Shown: one piece after another, positions 37,858-49,035 of the stretch | Numbering within the stretch: position 1 is the stretch's first letter | How the letters are laid out: each line of letters opens with the position of its first letter | Source: an uncultured Acidobacteriota bacterium | GTDB taxonomy: Bacteria > Acidobacteriota > Thermoanaerobaculia > Multivoradales > UBA5704 | Direction: 5' to 3' | DNA length: 64,000 bases | NCBI GenBank assembly: GCA_963770895.1 | Contig: CAVYRF010000002.1 | Location: forward strand, 576,001 to 640,000 | The notes under the pieces: generated by a model | The model's input: only the letters and a program-made list of their open reading frames with translations | Databases searched by the model: none | Told to the model about the DNA's origin: nothing | Translations under genes and position numbers: made by a program

Positions 37858-38208
37858 AGCTGTTGAAAACAGAGGTCCCGGCGCAGGACAGCCGGAGACC
37901 GGATCCGCGGCGCCTGGACCTGTGAAGACAAGGCACAGGCGCCTGAGTGCCCCGCACTAGCGGGCGGCCGCCACGCAGACCGCAGCACCTGAACCTGTTG
38001 CAGCCAAGTCCTCGCGGCGCAACAGAGGGCGGCCGTCCGTCAGCACCGCAGGACCTGAACCCGTGGCAAAATAGGGCCCCGGAGTAGGGGGGACGGCCGT
38101 CGTGCTGCCACGACAACACCTTTGCCCGTTGAAGATGGGCGCATTGACGCAGCAGCGAGAGGCGTCCGCAGCCGGCGCCACAATGCCTGAACCCCTTGAA
38201 AACAGGGC
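37845..38208. repeat. degenerate intergenic array, 6 copies of a ~25-bp motif with ~60-75-bp period
   Basis: CCTGAA.C.GTTG.A-like motif at 37853, 37913, 37988, 38054, 38119 and 38186. Confidence 0.6.
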
Positions 38209-38444
38209 TTCGGCAGCCCTGGGACCCTATTCCCCCCTCGCTGACCACTCTTGCGTCTCTAAATTTTGTTTATAGAGAAGTTTGCACCTGTCTGCTCATT
38301 TAGTGGGCGGTCACCCCTCGCAACATGGGCGCCATTTCAAGTTTATGCCAAGGTTCCTCTCCTTACAATTGCGAACGTGAAGAGCGGCTACTGAAGCGAG
38401 AAACGGGGCCTTCAGCCATCCGCCTTCCGGGGGGAGGAACCAAA

Positions 38445-38771
38445 ATGGCCAACATCGACCGTGTGACCCAGGACTTCCGGAGAGAAGAGCGGCACCTCAC
38501 CAAGGTGTTCAAGGCTCTCTCGGACGGCACTCGCCAAGAGATCCTGCGCCTGCTGGAAGGCCAGCAGCGCACCGTGGGCGAGATCGTCGGCAACTTCAAT
38601 CTCTCGCAGCCCACCATCTCTCGCCACCTGTCCGTGCTCAAAGAGGCAGACCTGGTGGTCGATCAGCGCCAGGGCCAGAACGTCATCTACCGCCTCAACG
38701 ACGACGCCCTGTCGACGTCGATGCAAGAGTTCTTCGGCCAGTTCCGCAGCTGCCAGGGCGTCATGCGGTAG
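38445..38771 (+). CDS. ArsR/SmtB-family transcriptional regulator
   Basis: FKALSD.TR..IL, SQPTISRHL.VLK.A.LV, R.G....Y; GGAGG RBS. Confidence 0.9.
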   Translation: MANIDRVTQDFRREERHLTKVFKALSDGTRQEILRLLEGQQRTVGEIVGNFNLSQPTISRHLSVLKEADLVVDQRQGQNVIYRLNDDALSTSMQEFFGQFRSCQGVMR

Positions 38772-38791
38772 GACCGCGGCCAGGCGGCAAC

Positions 38792-39103
38792 CAGTGCCCG
38801 CGACCAGCCGGCGCGCCCCGGCTGCCATCGGACACTCGCTGCCGCCGTCGCCGCCAGCCCGTCCAAGCCGGCGGCAGTGCCCGCGACCAGCCGGCGCGCC
38901 CCGGCTGCCATCGGACACTCGCTGCCGCCGTCGCCGCCAGCCCGTCCAAGCCGGCGGCAGTGCCCGCAACCGGCCGGCGCGCCCCGCCTGCCATCGGGCA
39001 CTTGCTGCCGCCGCCATCACCAGCTCGCCGCCGGCCCGTCCAAGCCGGAGGCAGTGTCCGTAACCAGCCGGCGCGTTCCGGCTGTCATCGGGCACTTGCC
39101 GTC
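38792..39103. repeat. 83-bp intergenic tandem repeat, ~3.6 copies
   Basis: Units start at 38792, 38875, 38958 and 39052. The first two are identical, the third has an 11-bp insertion and the fourth is partial. Confidence 0.9.
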
Positions 39104-39585
39104 GACACACCCGAGTTGGCGGCACGGCGGCGCAGCCAGTCGCTTGCACCGCGCGGCGCCGTCAAGGCCTGACACCTGAGCACCGCTTTCAGCCGTCCAT
39201 CCGGCCGGCGCCGGCCGCACTCACGGCGATCGCTCACGTCTAATTTTCGGCAAGACGGCGCCGCTCGCCCCCCGGCCCGATCGCGACGCGCCGCAGGCGC
39301 GCCGCGGTCGGGGCAACCCCGGGGGGGCACAACCGCGGCACACCCCGCCCAGAATCGATGCGCGCCTACGTGATCTCGAGCAGCGCCACGCTCTTGCTCC
39401 TGGCGATCACCAGCGCCGCCCGATCGCCAACCCAGCATGAGCTGCGGCCAGGCCGACGCCCAACCAAGGCCACGATTCCGGCGCACTGAAAGGGCCGGTG
39501 CGCACAGATGCTATTGAGCAGCCTGCCGCGCGGCGTACTGCGCGGCCACCGTTCAACAGCTACGCCAGCAAGAGGAGCCACCCCG

Positions 39586-39741
39586 ATGAAGAAGCAAGCC
39601 AGAAACCTGACCCTCTGCCGCGAGACCCTGCATCACCTGGTCACCCTGGAGCCGCTGCGAGACGCATTGGGAGGCGTCTCGGGACCGCGTACCTGCACCC
39701 TGTTCAACACCTGCACCAACTGCAACTACTGCACGATCTGA
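39586..39741 (+). CDS. RiPP-like precursor peptide 3 (51 aa)
   Basis: MKKQARNLTLCRETLHHLVTLEPLRDALGG-VSGPRTCTLFNTCTNCNYCTI; AAGAGGAG RBS. Confidence 0.8.
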   Translation: MKKQARNLTLCRETLHHLVTLEPLRDALGGVSGPRTCTLFNTCTNCNYCTI

Positions 39742-40086
39742 CACCGGCGCCGAGCGTCCCGACAGCACCCGGCGCCGAGGCTGACTCGGGTCTGGCAAAG
39801 CGATGCCGATCCTGCCGCAGCTGGAGCGGTCGATGGTGGGCTACTGCTCGTTGAACTGCGCGCGCTGCAACCTTGGGACTTTTCCCGATGCCTGCCAGGC
39901 GCGCGGCCTCGGGAGCTGCAACCAGGATTGCGCATAGGCTGGTAAGGCGCGGACCCGCCGGGCCGCTGAGTCGCGCCGTCCGGCAGCTGCGGACGGATAG
40001 CGACGGCTGCCGGCGATGAGCGGCGTCAGGTAGCGCTCTCCGGTAGTGCCCTCACTCGTCGCTGGGGATGCGAGCGGCCCCGGTCA

Positions 40087-40116
40087 TTGGCGCTCGTCCG
40101 TGAGGCGCTGTATACT
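40087..40116 (+). promoter_or_regulatory. putative sigma70 promoter of tRNA-Met-tilS
   Basis: TTGGCG-18 bp-TATACT followed by a GC-rich discriminator. Confidence 0.45.
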
Positions 40117-40175
40117 TTTCGCCCGCGGGGCGGTGGGCTGCCCCTGGTTGGGCTATCGTTCTTCCTTGCTTCCAA

Positions 40176-40252
40176 GGCGGTGTAGCTCAGTTGGTTAGAG
40201 CAAGCGGCTCATATCCGCTGTGTCAGGGGTTCAAGTCCCTTCACCGCCACCA
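40176..40252 (+). tRNA. tRNA with CAT anticodon, probably elongator tRNA-Met
   Basis: Acceptor GGCGGTG/CACCGCC, loop CTCATAT, CCA. G1:C72 is paired, so it is not the initiator. Confidence 0.9.
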
Positions 40253-40267
40253 TCCCGCGCCTCACCC

Positions 40268-42487
40268 ATGCACCTTCTGACCGCCCTCGAGGCGTTCTGC
40301 GATTCGGCCTGCATCGGCCGCGGCGAGCGCCTGGTGGTTGCCTTTTCAGGCGGCGGCGACTCCACGGCGCTGCTGTGGGGGCTGTCGCGCGTCGCACCGG
40401 CCCGCCGCATCGACCTGGTTGCGGCCCACCTCGACCACGGCATGGACAGCGGCTCCGCGGAGCGCGCGGAGCGCGCGGCCCTGCTGGCCCGCCGCATCGG
40501 CGTGCCGCTGGTGGCGGCGCGGCGCCCGCTCGCGCAGTGGCGCGCCACCGGCGAGAGCGCCGAAGCCGCCGCCCGCCGCATCCGCTACCGCTTCCTCGAT
40601 GACGTCCGCCGCGACGGCTTGGCGCGCTCGGTGGTCACCGCCCACACCCTTGACGACCAGGCCGAAACCGTCCTGCTGCGTCTGCGTTTCGGCACCACCC
40701 TGGCCGGCCTGGCCGGCATCCGGCCCGCGGCCGGCCACGTGCTTCGCCCCCTGCTGCACGCGCCGCGCACCACACTGCGAGCGGCCCTCGCCGCCGCCGG
40801 CCTGCAGCCCATCGAAGATCCCGGCAACGCCGACCTCCGCCAGCCCCGCAGCCTGGTCCGCCACCGCATCCTGCCCGCCCTCGCCCAAGCCGAGCGCCCG
40901 GCCGCCGCCGGCGCCCCAGCCACCCCAGGCACCCCAGGCACCCCAGGCACCCCAGGCACACCAGTGCTTGGCGATCGCTGCGGTTCGTCGCCAGGTGACG
41001 CGGCCACGCCAGGGCACGCAACCGGCGGCGCTCGCAGCTCCGCTCCCAATGCCGGAGCGGCCCGCGCCGAGCTGGTCGACCTGCTCGCCAGCGTAGCGCA
41101 CCGGACGCTGCGGTCGCTCCCGGTTCTGGACCGGCGGTTGAGCGCGGCGATCGGCCTCCAGGTGGCAGGGGGCGACCGCCGGTCAGGGCTCGCCAACCAT
41201 GGCGATCTGCCGCCGGCCTCCGGCCAGGTGCCGATGGGCGCTCTGCCGTTCACCGGCCACCCGCCGATCGGCGATTCGCAGCTTACGGGCGGGCTGCCGC
41301 CGGCAGGCAACCTGGCGCCAACTGGCGACCTGCTTCCCGTCGACGATCCGCTGTCAACCGGCGATCTGCCACTGAAAGGCCACCTGCCGCCAGGCGATCT
41401 GCCGCCGGGCGCCTTGTCACCAACTGGCGGCTTGGCACTTGCGGTGCGACCGGTGGGCGAGACATTGCAGGTTTCCGCCGATGGCGCCCGCCTTGCGGCT
41501 CTGCCCGAGTCCCTGCTGCCCCATGCCCTTGGGCTGCTCCACCGCCGCGCTGGCGCTGTCTATCCAGCCAGCCGCGCGGCGATTGCCGAGCTGCGCCGTC
41601 AACTCTTGCGGCGAGCGCCGGACACCCGGGCGCCGACGTCAGGCACCGAAACGCCGCTCCAGATGGGTGATGCTATCCAGGCTGCCTATGGCACGGCGTC
41701 TCAAACCTGGCGCTGCGGATGGCAAGACGGTCCGGCGGGTTCCGCGAAGCAAGAGCGGTGCGCTGGGCAAGAGCGGTTGTGGGAAAAACAAAGCAGAGGC
41801 GCCGAGTCGAAGCTGAACGCGGGCGACCGCCTCCAGAGGGCTGGCGGCGGCCGGTCTAGACGGCAAGGGGGCGACCGGCTCCAGGGGGCCGGCTGTGGCG
41901 GGGCGCGGTTGGCTTGCGACTGCGGCGGCGGGTGGAAGTGGGTGCTGCGGGTCGGCCGGCTGTACCTGGAGCGCGGCGGGGAGCGGGCAGGGCGGGAGAG
42001 CTGGGACAGGCGGAATCCGGGGTGGCGGCAAGATCAGGAGGAGACGGCGGCGTCCTTCGAATATACTTTGGAGGGTCCGGGGGTGCTTGCCATCCCGGAG
42101 GTTGCGGTTGCCGTCAGGGTGAGCTTGCAGCCGGTGGCACCCTGGATGCTGCGCGGGGACCGCCAGCGAGTGGGTCTGGCGCTGCCGTCGGCGGGATCTT
42201 TGGCAGCCCTGGGCGGCGGGCGCCTTTCGGTGCGCAACCGCAGAGCCGGCGATCGTTTGCGGCCGCTGGGCGCGCCGGGCAGCCGCAAGCTGAAAGAGGT
42301 GCTGATCGACCGTGGGATTCCGCGAAGCCAACGCGATCGGCTGCCGCTGGTCTGCTGGGCTGGACAGATCGCGTGGGTGCCCGGCGTTGCCATCGACCAC
42401 CGCTTTCGGCTGCGCGGACAGGCGACGGCGTGGGTGGTCGAGCTGCTGGCATGGCCGTCCTTGGCCGGGCGGGAATCCGCACCGTGA
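40268..42487 (+). CDS. tilS: tRNA(Ile)-lysidine synthase with large low-complexity insertions
   Basis: SGGGDS PP-loop, E.AAR..RY, AH..DDQAET, RPLL; C-terminal R..GD......RKLK....D..IP...R; upstream of ftsH. Confidence 0.9.
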   Translation: MHLLTALEAFCDSACIGRGERLVVAFSGGGDSTALLWGLSRVAPARRIDLVAAHLDHGMDSGSAERAERAALLARRIGVPLVAARRPLAQWRATGESAEAAARRIRYRFLDDVRRDGLARSVVTAHTLDDQAETVLLRLRFGTTLAGLAGIRPAAGHVLRPLLHAPRTTLRAALAAAGLQPIEDPGNADLRQPRSLVRHRILPALAQAERPAAAGAPATPGTPGTPGTPGTPVLGDRCGSSPGDAATPGHATGGARSSAPNAGAARAELVDLLASVAHRTLRSLPVLDRRLSAAIGLQVAGGDRRSGLANHGDLPPASGQVPMGALPFTGHPPIGDSQLTGGLPPAGNLAPTGDLLPVDDPLSTGDLPLKGHLPPGDLPPGALSPTGGLALAVRPVGETLQVSADGARLAALPESLLPHALGLLHRRAGAVYPASRAAIAELRRQLLRRAPDTRAPTSGTETPLQMGDAIQAAYGTASQTWRCGWQDGPAGSAKQERCAGQERLWEKQSRGAESKLNAGDRLQRAGGGRSRRQGGDRLQGAGCGGARLACDCGGGWKWVLRVGRLYLERGGERAGRESWDRRNPGWRQDQEETAASFEYTLEGPGVLAIPEVAVAVRVSLQPVAPWMLRGDRQRVGLALPSAGSLAALGGGRLSVRNRRAGDRLRPLGAPGSRKLKEVLIDRGIPRSQRDRLPLVCWAGQIAWVPGVAIDHRFRLRGQATAWVVELLAWPSLAGRESAP

Positions 42488-42575
42488 GTGCGCGGTTGAG
42501 GTGTTGGTAGGGATGTTCCATCCCGCCCGCGCAAGGCTGTTTGAGCTGTGCAAGGAATTGTGAGGTAGCCGAGCT

Positions 42576-44669
<2,094 letters not shown>

Positions 44670-44706
44670 CAGGGACCCTCTCCGCATCCCGCGGCGCGCC
44701 CTGGAC

Positions 44707-45648
44707 ATGGAGACTGCCAGCCTGCCCGGAGCCGCCGCCCACCGCACCCCCTCTCGTTGGACGCTGAAGCTGCCGGGCGGCCGTCGCCTGCCGCTCGGCG
44801 GCGGCAGGCCCCTGGTGATGGGCATCCTCAACGTGACGCCCGATTCGTTCAGCGATGGCGGCTTGTGGAGCGACCCGCCGCGCGCCGTCGACCGCGCCCT
44901 GGCGATGCTGGACCAGGGGGCCGACATGGTGGATCTCGGCGCCGAATCGACCCGCCCCGGCGGCGGCGTCTACGGCGCGGGAGCGCGGACCGTGCCCGCC
45001 GACGAGGAGGCCGCCCGCCTGCTGCCGGTGCTGGCGGCGCTGCGGCGCGCCACCTCGGCGCCGCTGTCGGTGGATACCCGCAAGGGCGAGGTGGCGCGCC
45101 GCGCTCTCGCGCTCGGGGCGGACCTGATCAACGACGTCGGCGCCCTGAGCGACCCCGACCTGGGCGTCGCGGTGGCCGAGGCAGGGTGCCCGCTGGTGCT
45201 GATGCACAGCCGCGGCGAGCTGGCCACGATGCAGCGCGGCATCGCCTTCCGCGACCTGCTGGGCGACGTGCGCGGCGAGCTGAGCGCCGCCGCCCAGCGC
45301 GCGGTCGACACCGGGGTCGACGCCCAGCAGCTGATCCTCGACCCCGGCCTCGGCTTCGGCAAGACCTACCAGCAGGACCTGGCCCTGCTGCGGCATCTGC
45401 CGGCGCTGGCCGAGCTCGGGCGGCCGCTGCTGGTGGGGGCGAGCCGCAAGAGCTTTCTCGGCACCGCCGCCAGGACGGTCGCCGACTCCGATGGCGCGAT
45501 CGCGCCGCCCACCAACCGCCTGCCGGGGAGCCTGGCGGCGCTCGCCTGGGCTGCCGCCGGACGCGCTGCCATCGTGCGCGTGCACGACGTCGTCGAGTCG
45601 GTGCGCTTCCTGGCGGTGTGGCGCGCCATCGCCGAGGCACGCACTTGA
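44707..45648 (+). CDS. folP: dihydropteroate synthase
   Basis: MGILNVTPDSFSDGG, GAESTRPG, DPGLGFGK, SRKS, VRVHDV. Confidence 0.95.
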   Translation: METASLPGAAAHRTPSRWTLKLPGGRRLPLGGGRPLVMGILNVTPDSFSDGGLWSDPPRAVDRALAMLDQGADMVDLGAESTRPGGGVYGAGARTVPADEEAARLLPVLAALRRATSAPLSVDTRKGEVARRALALGADLINDVGALSDPDLGVAVAEAGCPLVLMHSRGELATMQRGIAFRDLLGDVRGELSAAAQRAVDTGVDAQQLILDPGLGFGKTYQQDLALLRHLPALAELGRPLLVGASRKSFLGTAARTVADSDGAIAPPTNRLPGSLAALAWAAAGRAAIVRVHDVVESVRFLAVWRAIAEART

Positions 45649-46439
45649 GCTGGACGCGCTGGGAGCCGTTTTTCGGCCTGCTCACCTGGCACGACGCCGT
45701 CGACATCCTTGCCGTCGCCCTGGTCGTCTACAACCTGCTGCTGCTCATCCGCGGCACCCGCGCGGTGCAGGTGCTGCTGGGGATCGTCTTCGTCGGGCTG
45801 GTCTATTACGGCGCCCGGCTCGCCGACCTGGTGACGCTCCAGGCCATCCTGGAGAGCCTGCTGATCGCCCTGCCGTTTGCCATCATCGTCCTCTTCCAGC
45901 AGGAGATGCGGCGCGGCCTGGCCAACTTCGGCCGCAACCCGCTGTGGGGGTTTTCGAAGCAGCAACAGCTGGCGTCGGGGTTCGGCGACATCGTGCTGGC
46001 CGCCACCACCCTTTCGGCCCGCCAGATCGGCGGCCTGATCGTCATCGAACGGCTGCAGGGCCTGCGCACCTACATCGAAAACGGCATCGCCCTGGACGCC
46101 CGGCTGTCGTTCGACCTGCTGATCAACATCTTCACCCCCGACACACCGCTCCACGACGGCGCGGTGATCGTGCAGGAGAACCGCATCGCCGCCGCGGCCT
46201 GCTTCCTGCCGCTCACCGCCAATCCCAACCTGTCCAAGGAGCTGGGCACGCGCCATCGCGCGGCGCTCGGGATCACCGAGGAGACCGACGCCGTGACGGT
46301 CGTCATCTCCGAGGAGACGGGGGCGATCTCGCTCGCCTGTGACGGCGCCATGGTGCGGGAGCTGGACGGCAAGAGCCTGCGCAATGCGCTGTACAAGTAC
46401 CTGATCAGCGAACCCCACCCGCGGGGTCTGGGCCGTTGA
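45645..46439 (+). CDS. cdaA: diadenylate cyclase CdaA
   Basis: 3 TM helices, PLHDGA, GTRHRAA, SEETG; TTGA overlap with folP. Confidence 0.92.
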   Translation: MSWTRWEPFFGLLTWHDAVDILAVALVVYNLLLLIRGTRAVQVLLGIVFVGLVYYGARLADLVTLQAILESLLIALPFAIIVLFQQEMRRGLANFGRNPLWGFSKQQQLASGFGDIVLAATTLSARQIGGLIVIERLQGLRTYIENGIALDARLSFDLLINIFTPDTPLHDGAVIVQENRIAAAACFLPLTANPNLSKELGTRHRAALGITEETDAVTVVISEETGAISLACDGAMVRELDGKSLRNALYKYLISEPHPRGLGR

Positions 46440-47143
46440 GCGAACGCGAACGGCGCACCCAGATCTGGGGGCTGCGGCTGCTCGCCGTCGGCATCGCCGT
46501 CGGGCTGTGGTTCAACTTCTCCTTCGAGGCGCGCGAGGCGCCGTCGGAGCGGGTGATCGAGGCGAGCGTCAGCTACAATCGCCCGCGCGGCTTCATCGTG
46601 CTGGACCAGATCCCGAGCGTCAACGTGCGCCTGCGCGGCAGCAGCAAGGCCGTCCGCCGGCTGAGCCCCTTCCAGGTCAACGTGCAGGTCGACCTGGCCC
46701 ACTATCGCGAGGGCACCTGGACGGTGAATCTCGGCAGCGAAAACGTCCTGATGCCCGAAAACATGGAAGTGGTGGGGATCGAGCCCGCGAGCATCCGCGT
46801 CGAGCTGGAAAAGGAAGTCAGCCAGAGCCTGCCGGTCGTGCCCAAGCTGACCGGCGAACCCGCCGGCGGCGCCACCATGGAGGAGCCCGAGGTGCTGCCC
46901 AGCCAGGTGCTGGTCACCGGTCCGCAGTCGCGGATCGTGCGTGCCGCCAGCCTTTCGACCGAACCGATCAACCTGGACGGGCACGCCCTGCCGTTCGACG
47001 CGATCGTCGACGTGATCTCGCCCGACCCGCTCATCCAGATCATCCAGCCCTTCAAGGTGCAGGTGCGGGTCCTGCTGCAGCCGCCGCAGGCGAGCACGCC
47101 CGCGGACCAGGCGCCAAAACGCACGCCGCGAGGCAAGCATTGA
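46436..47143 (+). CDS. cdaR: CdaR/YbbR-like regulator
   Basis: N-terminal TM and YbbR-like V.V.L.G / P..V.VTGP repeats; lies between cdaA and glmM. Confidence 0.8.
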   Translation: MSERERRTQIWGLRLLAVGIAVGLWFNFSFEAREAPSERVIEASVSYNRPRGFIVLDQIPSVNVRLRGSSKAVRRLSPFQVNVQVDLAHYREGTWTVNLGSENVLMPENMEVVGIEPASIRVELEKEVSQSLPVVPKLTGEPAGGATMEEPEVLPSQVLVTGPQSRIVRAASLSTEPINLDGHALPFDAIVDVISPDPLIQIIQPFKVQVRVLLQPPQASTPADQAPKRTPRGKH

Positions 47144-48666
47144 GCGCGCCGGCCGGCATCGCCGGCCCCACGCCAGCGACGCCGACGCCCACATCGACAC
47201 CGCCACCGACGCGGCTGTTCGGCACCGACGGGGTGCGCGGGCGGTTCGGCGAGCCACCGCTGGACCGGCAGACGGTCACCGCCCTGGCGCGCCAGATCGC
47301 CGCCACCCTGGCCGAGCGCCGCGGGGGGCCGGATGGGGCGGCTGGATCGGCGGCGGCCCCGGTGGTGATTCTGGGGGGCGACACCCGCGAAAGCACGCCC
47401 GAAATCTGCCGCTGGCTGGCCGCCGGGCTGGCCGCCGGCGGCGTCCAGGTGCGCGATGCCGGCGTCATCTCCACGCCGGGCATCGCCTTTCTGGCCCAGG
47501 CGCTGGGCGCCGACGCCGGCATCGCCGTCTCCGCCAGCCACAACCCCTATCCCGACAACGGCATCAAGCTCCTCGACGGCAACGGCTTCAAATGGACCGA
47601 AGACGCCGAGCTGGCGCTGGCGGCCAGGCTGGACGCCGCCGGTGAGGCGGCGGCCACCGCGGCCGCCGACGCGGCGCCGCACGCCGAGCTGCCGGCCGTG
47701 GACGCAAGCCTTCGCGATCGCTACCTGACGCACCTTGCCGCGGAAGTCGCCCGATTGACCAGCGGTCCCCAGGTCCTGCCGCTCGCCGGCCTGCGCATCG
47801 TCGCGGATGCCGGCAACGGCGCCGCGTCAGGCTATGCGGGCGAGATCTTCGGCCGCCTGGGCGCCGAGGTGACGCTGCTGTGCGCCGCGCCGGACGGCCG
47901 CAACGTGAACCTGGGCTGCGGCTCGACCGCGCCGGAAGCGATGGCGGCAGCGGTCGTCGCGGCGGGCGCGCACCTTGGGGTGGCGTTCGACGGCGACGCC
48001 GACCGCTGCATCGTCGCCGACGAGTGCGGCCAGGTGCGCGACGGCGACGCCATCCTGTACCTCCTGGCGACCAGCCTGCAGGCCGCAGGCCGCCTGGTCC
48101 CGCCCCAGGTCGTCGCCACCTCGATGAGCAACCTGGGCCTGGAGCGCGCCCTGGCGCGCCAGGGCATCGGCGTGGTGCGCTGCGACGTCGGCGACCGCTG
48201 GGTGGTCGAAGCCATGCGCCGCGACGGCATCCGCCTGGGCGGCGAGCAGTCGGGCCACATCGTCTGGCTGGACGCCGCCACCACCGGCGACGGCCTGCTC
48301 ACCGCCCTCGCCATCGCCGCGCGCCTGCGCCGTTCAGGCCAGCCGCTGTCCGCGCTCCTGGCCCCCTTCCGCCGCTATCCCCAGATCCTGCTCAACGTCC
48401 GCGTGGCGCGCAAACCCGACCTGTCCACCCTGCCCGCCATCGCCGCCGCCGTCCGCGCCGTCGAAACCGACCTGGGCGAAGACGGCCGCCTGGTCCTGCG
48501 CTACAGCGGCACCGAACCCCTCGCCCGCGTCATGATCGAAGGCCCCGACCAGACCACCATCGACACCCTCGCCACCCACCTCGCCACCCTCCTCGCCGCC
48601 GAGCTCGGCCCCCCACCCGCCCCTGCCCCTGCCGACCCAGCGCCGGCGCCCCTGGTGGTGAGTTGA
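47140..48666 (+). CDS. glmM: phosphoglucosamine mutase
   Basis: FGTDGVRG, SASHNP..DNGIK, FDGDADR, GGEQSGH, RYSGTEP. Confidence 0.95.
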   Translation: MSAPAGIAGPTPATPTPTSTPPPTRLFGTDGVRGRFGEPPLDRQTVTALARQIAATLAERRGGPDGAAGSAAAPVVILGGDTRESTPEICRWLAAGLAAGGVQVRDAGVISTPGIAFLAQALGADAGIAVSASHNPYPDNGIKLLDGNGFKWTEDAELALAARLDAAGEAAATAAADAAPHAELPAVDASLRDRYLTHLAAEVARLTSGPQVLPLAGLRIVADAGNGAASGYAGEIFGRLGAEVTLLCAAPDGRNVNLGCGSTAPEAMAAAVVAAGAHLGVAFDGDADRCIVADECGQVRDGDAILYLLATSLQAAGRLVPPQVVATSMSNLGLERALARQGIGVVRCDVGDRWVVEAMRRDGIRLGGEQSGHIVWLDAATTGDGLLTALAIAARLRRSGQPLSALLAPFRRYPQILLNVRVARKPDLSTLPAIAAAVRAVETDLGEDGRLVLRYSGTEPLARVMIEGPDQTTIDTLATHLATLLAAELGPPPAPAPADPAPAPLVVS

Positions 48667-48801
48667 TCTCCGCCTGAAGCCCCGCTCCTACAGCTTGAGG
48701 CCGACCGCCGCGCCCCGGTCGGCCAAAGTACCAGCCTCTGCTGCAGTTCCCTTGCAACGCCACATCAGGGCCTCCATAATGGAGGAAGATCGGAGGATTC
48801 A

Positions 48802-49035
48802 GTGGCGACGCTCAACCTCAAGAACTTCCCTGACGCTCTCTACGAGCACCTTCGGGCGCGTGCCCTGCAAGAGCGGAGATCGATCGCGCAAGAGGTGATT
48901 CATCTCCTGGCGCAAGCGATCGAACCCGAAGCTCCGCGCTCGATCATGGAGCTCCAAGGGCTGGGCAAAGAGTGCTGGCAGGGACTGGATCCGGTCGCGT
49001 ACGTCCGGGCTGAGCGCGACTCGTGGGACTCCTGA
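48802..49035 (+). CDS. ribbon-helix-helix antitoxin (FitA/Arc-like)
   Basis: MATLNLKN.PD.LY..L..RA....RS; C-terminal ER.SW; overlaps the PIN gene. Confidence 0.8.
   Translation: MATLNLKNFPDALYEHLRARALQERRSIAQEVIHLLAQAIEPEAPRSIMELQGLGKECWQGLDPVAYVRAERDSWDS

Noticed and set aside
38792-39103. Possible CRISPR array
   Set aside because: The units are contiguous full-length duplicates with no unique spacers, and there are no cas genes.
39366-39581. 71-aa minus-strand ORF upstream of precursor 3
   Set aside because: No RBS or recognisable domain, and it overlaps the precursor's likely promoter region.
36390-40252. Integrative element or prophage between tRNA genes
   Set aside because: No integrase and no duplicated tRNA 3' end (att) seen; the region contains core genes rpmG and sodA.
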